Origin: Candidatus Micrarchaeota archaeon
Lineage (GTDB): Archaea > Micrarchaeota > Micrarchaeia > Micrarchaeales > Micrarchaeaceae
NCBI GenBank assembly: GCA_027365565.1
Contig: DAHXMI010000004.1
Location: forward strand, 71,142-135,141
Direction: 5' to 3'
Length of the DNA: 64,000 nucleotides
Below are positions 56,454-64,000 of this stretch, in pieces. The position numbers and the translations under genes are program-made. The stretch's first letter is position 1. Every line of letters begins with the position of its first letter. The notes under the pieces were generated by a model, which saw nothing but the letters and a program-made list of their open reading frames with translations, was not told the DNA's origin and searched no databases.

Positions 56454-57632
56454 TCAATCAAAACGAGCATATTCGTTGCTCATTGACTTCTTGTAGAAGC
56501 CAAGCAACCTGTCGGTAGCGCTGGAAACTGAGTATTCCTTTGTTACCCGGTCAGTTATCTTATATGCATCAGTATTATTTATAACTTTTTCTATCTTCCT
56601 TGCGCAGTCCATGCTATCCCCAGGCCTGAACTTCTCCCCGTTCTTGCCGTTGATTATGAGGTCCGAGAGCGCCAGATAGTCGGCCGCCACCACCGGTTTG
56701 CCTGAGGCGAGCGCCTCGAGAGACACTATGCCCTGGGTCTCGAACGTGCTAGGCATGCAGAACATGTCCGAGGCAGCATAGTACTTCGGCAGCATCTTGT
56801 CGTTCACATAGCCTTCGAAGATGAATCTGTCTGACATACCCATGCGCTCAACCATGTTCCTATAGTGGTTCTCGAACGGGCCGGTCCCGACCATGATAAA
56901 CCTGACATCCTTGTTCTTGACGCGCCTCGCGGCCTTGACCAGCGTGTCTATCCTCTTCTCCTTGCTCATCCTTCCGGTGTAGAGGACGATCTTCTTGTAT
57001 TTCTGGCCGAGCAGCTTTTTCCTGAGGGCGCGGCCGTCGACATCAGGGTTGAACCTCTTCAAGTCGACGCTGTTCGGCACGACTGTGACGTTGTTTATGC
57101 CATGCTTGGCAAGCACCCTCTTCACGCTCTCGCTTGGAGCAATGACGCCGTTGCACCTGTTGTAGAAGAACTTTGCGTACGGCCACGCGTACTTCGTGAA
57201 TACCCTCTGCATGTACTTGTTCTTCGAGGCGTACTCCTTTATGACCGATTTCTCGGTGAAGAACGTGTGGAAAGTGCCGACGAACGGTATCCTGTTGGTC
57301 CTCGCTATTATCATGGACGAGAAGCCCATCATGAAAGGTGTCTGTGCGTGTACTATGTCTATGCCCAGCCTGTTCACGTCGAAATGCGTGAGGAACGGGA
57401 ATGCCGCCAGCGTGTACTGGGGGTAGTTCTTGAACTTTATGCCGCGCACGATGTACACGTTGTCTCGCTCCTTCGTTATGAACCTGGAGTTCGGGTCGCC
57501 GCTGGTGAATATGTACACCTCATGGCCACGCCTCTCGAGCTCCTTCTTGAAGTTTAGTATCGACGTGACAACGCCGTCGACAGACGGCTTGTACGTGTCG
57601 GTGTAAAATGCGATCTTCAGGGATTCGGACAT
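56454..57632 (-). CDS. GT4-family (GT-B) glycosyltransferase
   Basis: ETQGIVSLEALASGKPVVAAD is the EX7E motif. 392 aa. Confidence 0.8.
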   Translation of the reverse strand: MSESLKIAFYTDTYKPSVDGVVTSILNFKKELERRGHEVYIFTSGDPNSRFITKERDNVYIVRGIKFKNYPQYTLAAFPFLTHFDVNRLGIDIVHAQTPFMMGFSSMIIARTNRIPFVGTFHTFFTEKSVIKEYASKNKYMQRVFTKYAWPYAKFFYNRCNGVIAPSESVKRVLAKHGINNVTVVPNSVDLKRFNPDVDGRALRKKLLGQKYKKIVLYTGRMSKEKRIDTLVKAARRVKNKDVRFIMVGTGPFENHYRNMVERMGMSDRFIFEGYVNDKMLPKYYAASDMFCMPSTFETQGIVSLEALASGKPVVAADYLALSDLIINGKNGEKFRPGDSMDCARKIEKVINNTDAYKITDRVTKEYSVSSATDRLLGFYKKSMSNEYARFD

Positions 57633-57660
57633 AGAGTGACCTATGTGTATGCGACAGGCT

Positions 57661-58071
57661 TCAGAACTGTACTGCCTTCCCGCCTGCCTTCTCTATCTTC
57701 TCGCGGGCTTTCTGTGAGAAAGCGGACGCTTTTATCTCGGCAGGCTTGGTCAGCGCACCGTTGCTCAGCACCTTGTACTTCCTGAGCTCCAGCTTGCCGC
57801 TCGCCTTTCCTGACTCGAGCATCGCGCTTATCTCTCTGAGGTCTATCTCCTTAAGCTTGAGCTGGTTCCACTTCGTGAAGCCCTTCCTCCCGAGCATCCA
57901 GGGAGTCTTGGCGGTCATGTAGGTGAAGTTGTGCTTCTTCCTCACGAGTTTGCCGCCGACGCCTCCGCGGTCTCCGGCACCTCTGGCGTTCTTTATGTTG
58001 CCTACGCCCCACCTCCTCGTGCCGTGGTACTTCCTGTTCTTCTTCTGATGCCTTATCGCCATGTTAAACAC
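57661..58071 (-). CDS. rpl15: 50S ribosomal protein L15 (uL15)
   Basis: KKNRKYHGTRRWGVG...GDRGGVGGK...KVLSNG...ASAFSQKAREKIEKAGGK matches the uL15 pattern. Confidence 0.75.
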   Translation of the reverse strand: MFNMAIRHQKKNRKYHGTRRWGVGNIKNARGAGDRGGVGGKLVRKKHNFTYMTAKTPWMLGRKGFTKWNQLKLKEIDLREISAMLESGKASGKLELRKYKVLSNGALTKPAEIKASAFSQKAREKIEKAGGKAVQF

Positions 58072-58102
58072 TGTGTTATTCCATTAGGGTATTTTATATT
58101 GA

Positions 58103-58549
58103 TTATAGCATGCGCTTGAGCAGGCTGTTTATGTCATCCCCAACGAAGCCCACCACGCCCTTCTGAGTCGCGTGCTTCTTCGTGCTCTTCCTGAACCCGT
58201 GCCTTGGCGGATGGAGCCTGAATGGCATGTTCTCCCTGATCTGCTTTATCGACTCGATGCTGGCGGTCGCCTCCTTCGGATCCTTATCCACACCGTTCTT
58301 CTTGAACAGCGCCGCGAGGTTCGCGTCATCTATGGTGCCGAATGTGACGTAGTCGCTGCACCTGTTCAGCATGCCCAGGTACGCGGCATTGGCCCTTATC
58401 AGGGTGCAGTTGTTCACCCTGTTCAGCCTAAGCCTTTCGAGAGTATTCGCTATGTCATGGTCGACGTTGACCCTTCCCCTGATCCTTATGACGACTACGA
58501 GCTTGTCGTTCAGTGACTTGTAAGATTGTTCAGCCATAAAAACACGCAC
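58103..58549 (-). CDS. rpl30: 50S ribosomal protein L30 (uL30, long archaeal form)
   Basis: LVVVIRIRGRVNVDHDIANTLERLRLNRVNNCTLI is typical of uL30. It is adjacent to uL15. Confidence 0.8.
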   Translation of the reverse strand: MRVFMAEQSYKSLNDKLVVVIRIRGRVNVDHDIANTLERLRLNRVNNCTLIRANAAYLGMLNRCSDYVTFGTIDDANLAALFKKNGVDKDPKEATASIESIKQIRENMPFRLHPPRHGFRKSTKKHATQKGVVGFVGDDINSLLKRML

Positions 58550-58666
58550 TTTGCTTTGCCGTACTGCACGTATTATCGGTAATCCTGACTCAAGGATTTG
58601 TTACAAGCTAACTTTTGTAGCAACAATATATAAATTCTTTGCTGTTGGGGTGGCAGTAGCGCGAAA

Positions 58667-59941
58667 CTAGCCAGTGAAGTCGGAGAGGCCCTTCTGCCTC
58701 ACCGAGTCCTGCTTTGAGCCCTTCTTCCTGTTGAGCAGGTCCAGCACGCCGAAGACGCCGTTGTACCCTGGCGTTATGCCTATGTTCTCGTTCCTGACGT
58801 TCATTACAGCAGCGGCTATATCTTCTCCGGCAACAGCCGCTATCCTCTCGGCAGGCACATCTAGGAGTATGTCGAACTCGGGGCCGAGCGCAGATACCAT
58901 CGCCGTGTAGGTATCCTCTGTCTTTCTTGAGTATGAGGTCTTGCCGCTGACATATGCTATGATCTCCATGAGAGGCACTGCATGCACGTATGGTATGCTA
59001 CCTTGCGGCACGGTTCCGGGCGGCCTGTCGGCAAGGTCGTTCACCCTGTGCAGCACGCCTATTACAAGGCGTTTGCCGCAGACCGGGCACTTCTCTATAT
59101 GGGAAGTGTCTGGATTAACTGAGAAGTGGCAGTTCCTGTGGCCGTCATAGTGATACTTGCCCTCCTCCGGATAGAATTCTATGTTCCTGACCAGCCTGCT
59201 CCTGTCCTTGCTGTTGATTATTTCGGCTACAGTCCGATAATCGAAATGGCTGCCGTCTATCTCCATCACGTTGGCCTCGCGGCCCATCTTTGGAAGCGAG
59301 TGCATGTCGCTGTTGCCGAGCAGCGTATACCTGTCCAGCTTCGATATGCGCCAGTTCATCGGCGAGTCGGAGCTGAGCCCCATCTCAAGCGCGTGTATGT
59401 GCTGCGCCTGGTCGCCGTACGCCTCTTCTATCGAGTCGAATCCGGAGAATGCGCCGAAAACCCCGAAGAATGGGGTCCATGCATGCGCAGGAAAGACTAT
59501 CGCGTCCTTCGTGACGCCGCGAACCTTCTCCACCAACTCTGCAGGGCTTATGCTCAGCGTTGGCCTGCCATCTGAATCCATAGCGCCATGCTTCGAAAGG
59601 GATTCACGCACGGCTTCGGCATGCTCCACGCTGGGAAGCAGTATGCAGTGGTGCACTTTCTTCACCGTGGTGGGATTTACGTTGAACACCGTGGATACCT
59701 CGGCACCAACTACGAACCTGACGCCCGAGTCGGACCCTTTGACATTGAGGAGGCCTTTCCCGTCGGGATCCTCCAGATCCCTCTTCATCTCCGCGAGCCA
59801 TGCGCTATGGGTAAAATCGCCGGTGCTGACCAGGTTTATGCCCTTCTCCAGCGCTGCCGCCTCCATGCCTTTTATCGTAATGCTGCTGCTGCACGCCATC
59901 GCATACCTTGAATGGGTATGCAGGTCCGCTATGACTTTCAT
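58667..59941 (-). CDS. PHP-domain metal-dependent phosphoesterase-family protein
   Basis: N-terminal VIADLHTHSRYA (PHP His motif) with further His/Asp motifs. 424 aa. Confidence 0.65.
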   Translation of the reverse strand: MKVIADLHTHSRYAMACSSSITIKGMEAAALEKGINLVSTGDFTHSAWLAEMKRDLEDPDGKGLLNVKGSDSGVRFVVGAEVSTVFNVNPTTVKKVHHCILLPSVEHAEAVRESLSKHGAMDSDGRPTLSISPAELVEKVRGVTKDAIVFPAHAWTPFFGVFGAFSGFDSIEEAYGDQAQHIHALEMGLSSDSPMNWRISKLDRYTLLGNSDMHSLPKMGREANVMEIDGSHFDYRTVAEIINSKDRSRLVRNIEFYPEEGKYHYDGHRNCHFSVNPDTSHIEKCPVCGKRLVIGVLHRVNDLADRPPGTVPQGSIPYVHAVPLMEIIAYVSGKTSYSRKTEDTYTAMVSALGPEFDILLDVPAERIAAVAGEDIAAAVMNVRNENIGITPGYNGVFGVLDLLNRKKGSKQDSVRQKGLSDFTG

Positions 59942-60077
59942 CCAATCACCCCTGTTTTCGGAAGAGGATTCGTTTCACTGCTGATGCATGCAGCTCTACT
60001 TCCCCATCACGGTCTGGATTGTCATGATACATATTTATCCGTTAAGCACGTATCCATTTATTGTTAGGTGCAGCACC

Positions 60078-60737
60078 GTGAGCAAAGCGGATGAGAAGGT
60101 ATACGTAGGCAAAATCCTTAGGCTGCTTAAGTCGAGGTACAAGGCGCAGATGAAGACGTCGCTGGACCATGCGACGCCGTGGCAGCTTCTTGTCGCCACG
60201 ATACTTTCTGCACAGGCGCAGGACGCCCATGTGAACGAGATAACTCCAAGGCTGTTCAGGGATCTGCCCCGCGCAGACATGTATGCAAGACTGAAGCCAA
60301 CCGATCTCTACAAGTATGTGAAGAGCGTTGGCCTTTTTCGGGCGAAATCCAAGAGTATAGTCGGTGCCGCAAAGAAGGTGACGGGCGATTTCAGGGGAAA
60401 GGTGCCGCGCAGCATCGATGAACTTGTTACCTTGCCGGGAGTCGGAAGGAAGACAGCAAACGTCGTACTGTCGAACGCATTCGGAATAAACGAGGGCATT
60501 GCGATAGACACGCACTGCATAACCGTAGCGAATCGCCTCGGTCTTGCGCATGGCAGGGATCCAGCAAAGATAGAGAAGAAGCTGGTCGGCCTGGTGCCCA
60601 ACCGCGATTGGGCCAATGTGACGCACCTGTTCATAGCCTTAGGCAGGGATGTATGCACCGCCAAGGAAAAACGCTGCGGACGTTGCGTGCTGAACAGGAT
60701 ATGCCCGTCGAGCACGGTGGATAATCATGGTGGATAA
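60078..60737 (+). CDS. nth: Endonuclease III (HhH-GPD base-excision glycosylase with 4Fe-4S cluster)
   Basis: HhH LVTLPGVGRKTANVV. Catalytic Asp in GIAIDTH. Fe-S motif CTAKEKRCGRCVLNRIC. I chose a GTG start at VSKADEKVYVGKIL; the track ORF 59988.. has an implausible hydrophobic extension. Confidence 0.8.
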   Translation: MSKADEKVYVGKILRLLKSRYKAQMKTSLDHATPWQLLVATILSAQAQDAHVNEITPRLFRDLPRADMYARLKPTDLYKYVKSVGLFRAKSKSIVGAAKKVTGDFRGKVPRSIDELVTLPGVGRKTANVVLSNAFGINEGIAIDTHCITVANRLGLAHGRDPAKIEKKLVGLVPNRDWANVTHLFIALGRDVCTAKEKRCGRCVLNRICPSSTVDNHGG

Positions 60738-61420
60738 TGGTAGATAATATGATAGCTGCGCTATTCAGTGGAGGGAAAGACTCGACGCTTGCAGTGCACA
60801 GGGCGCATGACATGGGAAAGGATGTCGAGCTGCTTATAACGATGGTCCCGGAGAACGAATACAGCTACATGTTCCACAAGCCAGCAATACAGTTTACCCC
60901 GATGCAGGCGGAAGCCCTCGGCATCAGGCAGGTGATGTCGGTAACCAAAGGCGAGAAGGAGCTCGAACTAGAGGATCTCGAGAGGGTGCTGAAGGAGAAT
61001 AATGTCACGGAACTGTTCACCGGCGCGGTGGCCAGCAGCTACCAGAAGGAGAGGATAGATGCGATATGCGGCCGCCTGGGCATAACGATGCGATCGCCGC
61101 TCTGGCACATAGAGCCGCTCGAGGAACTGCGCGAATTGTCTTCCAAGTACGACGTGATAATAACCCAGGTTGCAGCGGAGGGATTTGACGACAGCTTACT
61201 CGGCTCGCGCCTTGACAGCGCGATGATAGATAAACTGATGGCCCTCAAGGACAGGTACCGGATAAATCCGCTATTCGAGGGAGGCGAAGCCGAGAGCTTC
61301 GTACTGGATGCGCCGCTGTTCAGGAAGTCGATCAGGGTTACAAGCGCGCGGAAGGAGCGCGACGGCCAGGTAGGAAAATACATCATCGAGCATGCCGAGC
61401 TGGTGGAGAAGATCGCGTAA
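60737..61420 (+). CDS. Diphthine-ammonia ligase-like PP-loop ATPase (Dph6/MJ0570 family)
   Basis: PP-loop SGGKDS at the N-terminus. EGGEAESF motif. 227 aa. Confidence 0.65.
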   Translation: MVDNMIAALFSGGKDSTLAVHRAHDMGKDVELLITMVPENEYSYMFHKPAIQFTPMQAEALGIRQVMSVTKGEKELELEDLERVLKENNVTELFTGAVASSYQKERIDAICGRLGITMRSPLWHIEPLEELRELSSKYDVIITQVAAEGFDDSLLGSRLDSAMIDKLMALKDRYRINPLFEGGEAESFVLDAPLFRKSIRVTSARKERDGQVGKYIIEHAELVEKIA

Positions 61421-61481
61421 GATAGTGCGACACAAGGCATTTTATTATGTCGCTGCAACTGAATATTCCTGTGGTGGTTTG

Positions 61482-62708
61482 ATGGACCTGCTCTCGAAAA
61501 GAAGCGCGTTCGTTTACAATCCTATACTTGAAGAGGACGACGATGCTGCAAAGTTGGCTAAGCGCGGGATAAATGTGATGAAGCTCAATAGGGGCGATCC
61601 CGCATACTATTTCCCAACGCCGAAGTACATGATAGATGCGTACGTGGATGCGCTAAGGGCGAGCAAGACATACTATTCAGACAGCATAGGCGTACGGGAA
61701 CTCAGGGAGGCCGTGGCTGGCAGGTACAAGAGGATGTACGGCGTCAACGCCAGCCCAGACAACGTGATAGCGACAGCTGGCATTACGGAGGGGCTCGCGT
61801 TCATAAACAGCGCCCTGATAAACAGCGGTGACAGGGCCGTGATATTCAAGCCCTATTACGTGCAGTATATAACCAACCTCAGGGAATACGGAGGCAGGCC
61901 CCTGTTCGGCATCTACAACGAAGGCGAGGGCTGGAGCATACACCTTGACCACATAAGAGGCGAGCTCAGGAAGATGAAGCGCGCGGGCAGGATAGGCAGG
62001 GTAAAGTACATGATAATAACCAACCCGAACAATCCGACAGGCACGGTGCTGAAACGCAAGGTGCTTGAGGAAGTCGTTGACATCGCGAATGAGAATGGCA
62101 TAGTGCTGATCAGCGACGAGATATATGACGAGATTGTCTACAACGGCGCGAAGTTTACCAGCGTAGGGCAGGTGGCAAAGGGCGTGCCGCACATACTCCT
62201 GCACGGGGCATCGAAGGTGTTCGACGCGACCGGATTCAGGATGGGATATATGGTTTTCCCAGAGCAGGACAGGAAGTCGATGGCGATAAGGGACAAGATA
62301 GTCGACTACGCACGGATGAGGCTGTCGCTCAACACGCCAGCGGAATATGCGCTGGCCGAGGGCATAAGCAACAGGAAGGAGCATGACAAGGCGATAGGAG
62401 GCATGGTGTCGAACATCGCGAAGAGGGTCAACTCCGTGACGGACATACTAAAGCGCAACGACGCGATAAGCGTGGTCAGGCCGAACGGCGCATTCTACGT
62501 GTTGCCAAGGCTGAAGATGTCAGGACTGCGCATCAAGGACGACAAGGAGTTCATAAGGAGAGTGCTCGAGGAAGAGCATGTGCAGATAACGCGCGGATCC
62601 GGATTCGGGAGCCCAAACCACTTCAGGATAGTGGCCCTCGCTCCGGAAAAGGAGCTGGCGGATGCGGTAGGCAGGATAGAAGCCCTGCTGACAAAGTACG
62701 CGAAGTGA
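61482..62708 (+). CDS. Class I/II PLP-dependent aminotransferase (aspartate/alanine aminotransferase-like)
   Basis: I chose the start at MDLLSKR. The PLP Lys is in the HGASKVFDATGFRMGY region and the motif NPNNPTG is present. Confidence 0.8.
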   Translation: MDLLSKRSAFVYNPILEEDDDAAKLAKRGINVMKLNRGDPAYYFPTPKYMIDAYVDALRASKTYYSDSIGVRELREAVAGRYKRMYGVNASPDNVIATAGITEGLAFINSALINSGDRAVIFKPYYVQYITNLREYGGRPLFGIYNEGEGWSIHLDHIRGELRKMKRAGRIGRVKYMIITNPNNPTGTVLKRKVLEEVVDIANENGIVLISDEIYDEIVYNGAKFTSVGQVAKGVPHILLHGASKVFDATGFRMGYMVFPEQDRKSMAIRDKIVDYARMRLSLNTPAEYALAEGISNRKEHDKAIGGMVSNIAKRVNSVTDILKRNDAISVVRPNGAFYVLPRLKMSGLRIKDDKEFIRRVLEEEHVQITRGSGFGSPNHFRIVALAPEKELADAVGRIEALLTKYAK

Positions 62709-62730
62709 CGACAGGCGCGGTATGCCAAAG

Positions 62731-62743
62731 CATTTTATATATG
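62731..62743 (+). promoter_or_regulatory. TATA box (TTTTATATATG) about 27 nt upstream of the tRNA-Val gene
   Basis: A/T box at the canonical distance. Confidence 0.5.
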
Positions 62744-62764
62744 TTCGGGCGAAAGATTTACCAT

Positions 62765-62856
62765 GGGCTCGTGGTCCAACGGTATGATGCCAAGTTCTTT
62801 CTGAACGCATAAGCCTTACACGCTGGAGACAGGGGTTCGACTCCCTTCGGGCCCAT
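62765..62856 (+). tRNA. tRNA-Val (anticodon UAC) with a ~20-nt non-canonical intron in the anticodon stem (position about 29/30)
   Basis: Acceptor GGGCTCG/CGGGCCC plus A. D-arm GTC-CAACGGTAT-GAT. T-arm AGGGG-TTCGACT-CCCTT. Removing about 62793..62812 gives anticodon stem CCAGC/GCTGG with loop CTTACAC (U33, A37). The overall pattern matches archaeal tRNA-Val. Confidence 0.6.
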
Positions 62857-62892
62857 TCAGGTTTTAACATGCCGGACTCAGGCACAACTACT

Positions 62893-64000
62893 ATGAATTC
62901 GGTGCGCAAAGAAAACAGCAATGTGATTTATGACAGTATCGAATCCTTCAACACATACATGAATGAGATGCTTCCCCGCGCCATTATGGGCAGGTTGCAC
63001 TCAAGGATCCATGCGATTGACGACGAATACGCCGACAGCGAGGCGATGAAGGGGACTGTCGACAAGCTGGAGAAGATGATCACGGACTACCCCAACAGGG
63101 AGAAGGCAGGCCTCCGGAGGTCCAAGCTCATGTGGCTCGTAGGCAAGATGTACGGTGTCAGTGAGGAAGAGATGCTCCTGCCTGCAGTAGCGATAGAACT
63201 GTCGCAGGACGCGATACTGATAGCTGACGACATAGAGGACGGAGCGCTGCTGAGGCGCGGAGACAAGGCGCTGCAGCGCAAGTACGGCGTGAGCAATGCG
63301 ATAAACGTTTCGCATTACCTCAACAAGGAGGTATGGCTCGCGCTTGAGGAGTACACGGAGACGTATGGTAAATCCAAGGGACGCTCGGTCCGCAAGATAT
63401 TAGACAGGTACGCAGACAAGACCCTTGAAGGCCAGACGATGGAGCTGGAGTTCTCGGACCTCGAGACGCTGACATTCGACATGTGCGAGCGGCTGCTTAA
63501 ATACAAGACTGCGGGTTATAGCACCGCAGCGCCTGCCCTAATAGGCGCAACGATGGGAACGAACGGGCTGGACATCCTCGGCGTACTGGAGGATATAGGC
63601 ATACAGATAGGCATGTCATTCCAGATAAGAGACGACATAGAGGACATTGAAGAGGATGTGTACAAAGGCACGCCCACGCTGCTTATATACAAGGCATACA
63701 CGGACGCCACATTAGACGAGAAGGAGAAGCTGCGCGCCATCTATGAGAGCGTGAATGACAGAAGGAAGGAGGGCTATACCGATGCAAGGCTGCGCGAGCA
63801 GGATTTCAACTACGTGCTCGATATGATGAAGAAGTACGGCAGCCTGGAATACGCAAGGCAGCAGAAGGACGGCCATTTCGACAGGGCGAAGGAACTTCTG
63901 CTCAAAAACATAGGCAATGGGATAGGCAAAGCCATACCAGACAACAAGTTCACGAGCATGATCGCGGCGCTATATTATGATTATGCCAATGGCTTGAAGA
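62893..64000 (+). CDS. Polyprenyl (geranylgeranyl) diphosphate synthase, 3' end beyond the window
   Basis: It is not in the ORF track because there is no stop before the window end. My translation shows FARM LIADDIEDGALLRRG and SARM FQIRDDIEDIEED. Confidence 0.8.
   Translation, partial: MNSVRKENSNVIYDSIESFNTYMNEMLPRAIMGRLHSRIHAIDDEYADSEAMKGTVDKLEKMITDYPNREKAGLRRSKLMWLVGKMYGVSEEEMLLPAVAIELSQDAILIADDIEDGALLRRGDKALQRKYGVSNAINVSHYLNKEVWLALEEYTETYGKSKGRSVRKILDRYADKTLEGQTMELEFSDLETLTFDMCERLLKYKTAGYSTAAPALIGATMGTNGLDILGVLEDIGIQIGMSFQIRDDIEDIEEDVYKGTPTLLIYKAYTDATLDEKEKLRAIYESVNDRRKEGYTDARLREQDFNYVLDMMKKYGSLEYARQQKDGHFDRAKELLLKNIGNGIGKAIPDNKFTSMIAALYYDYANGLK

Noticed and set aside
1-64000. CRISPR arrays, 16S or 5S rRNA, RNase P or SRP RNA
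   Set aside because: I found no regularly spaced direct repeats and no non-coding stretch longer than about 280 nt apart from the 23S gene. The gaps between genes are accounted for by tRNAs and promoters.

Overview
This 64 kb window looks like an archaeal chromosome segment at roughly 52% GC, tentatively from a Thermoplasmatota-like euryarchaeon; that placement is inference, not a search result. Placement rests on several sequence features: the 23S rRNA gene is unlinked to 16S/5S, promoters are TATA/BRE type sitting about 25 to 30 nt upstream, RpoD lacks any Cys cluster, and archaeal ribosomal and RNA polymerase genes are present. Strand-consistent protein-coding genes are dense throughout.

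Main contents:
- An Epd/Tad-like type IV pilus locus: a FlaI/CpaF-family ATPase, two separate TadB/C-like platform genes, a winged-helix plus coiled-coil protein, and convergent LamG/pilin-like glycoproteins.
- A trio of RCK/TrkA-N domain genes.
- A cluster of N-glycosylated surface proteins. One is a 687-aa protein with a pilin-like N-terminus, a poly-Thr stalk encoded by a tandem DNA repeat, and two C-terminal Hint (intein-like) domains.
- The rpoD-L18e-L13-S9-rpoN ... S2 ribosomal cluster.
- A glycosylation cluster (Wzx-like flippase plus GT2 genes; GT4 genes and a sulfatase-like gene elsewhere).
- fumC and sdhCBA, plus a small hidden membrane ORF immediately downstream of sdhC.
- A standalone 23S rRNA gene.
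- Five tRNAs, three of them intron-containing: Ser has a canonical intron; Pro has a non-canonical T-loop intron; Val has a non-canonical intron in the anticodon stem.
- Housekeeping genes: prs, a Cgi121 candidate, truD, IPK, GGPP synthase, nth, dph6, aCPSF2, L30/L15, NAC.

Two AT-rich islands stand out:
- A ~2.8 kb island at 31.0 to 33.8 kb abuts the 23S 3' end. It encodes a radical-SAM protein with a twitch/SPASM-like domain, a PqqD-like protein, an HExxH metallopeptidase and an ART-like protein. I read it as a candidate peptide-modification (RiPP-like) cassette with no precursor peptide identified.
- A ~2.3 kb element integrated at the 3' end of tRNA-Ala. It is bounded by a 14-nt direct repeat of the tRNA 3' end and has no integrase.
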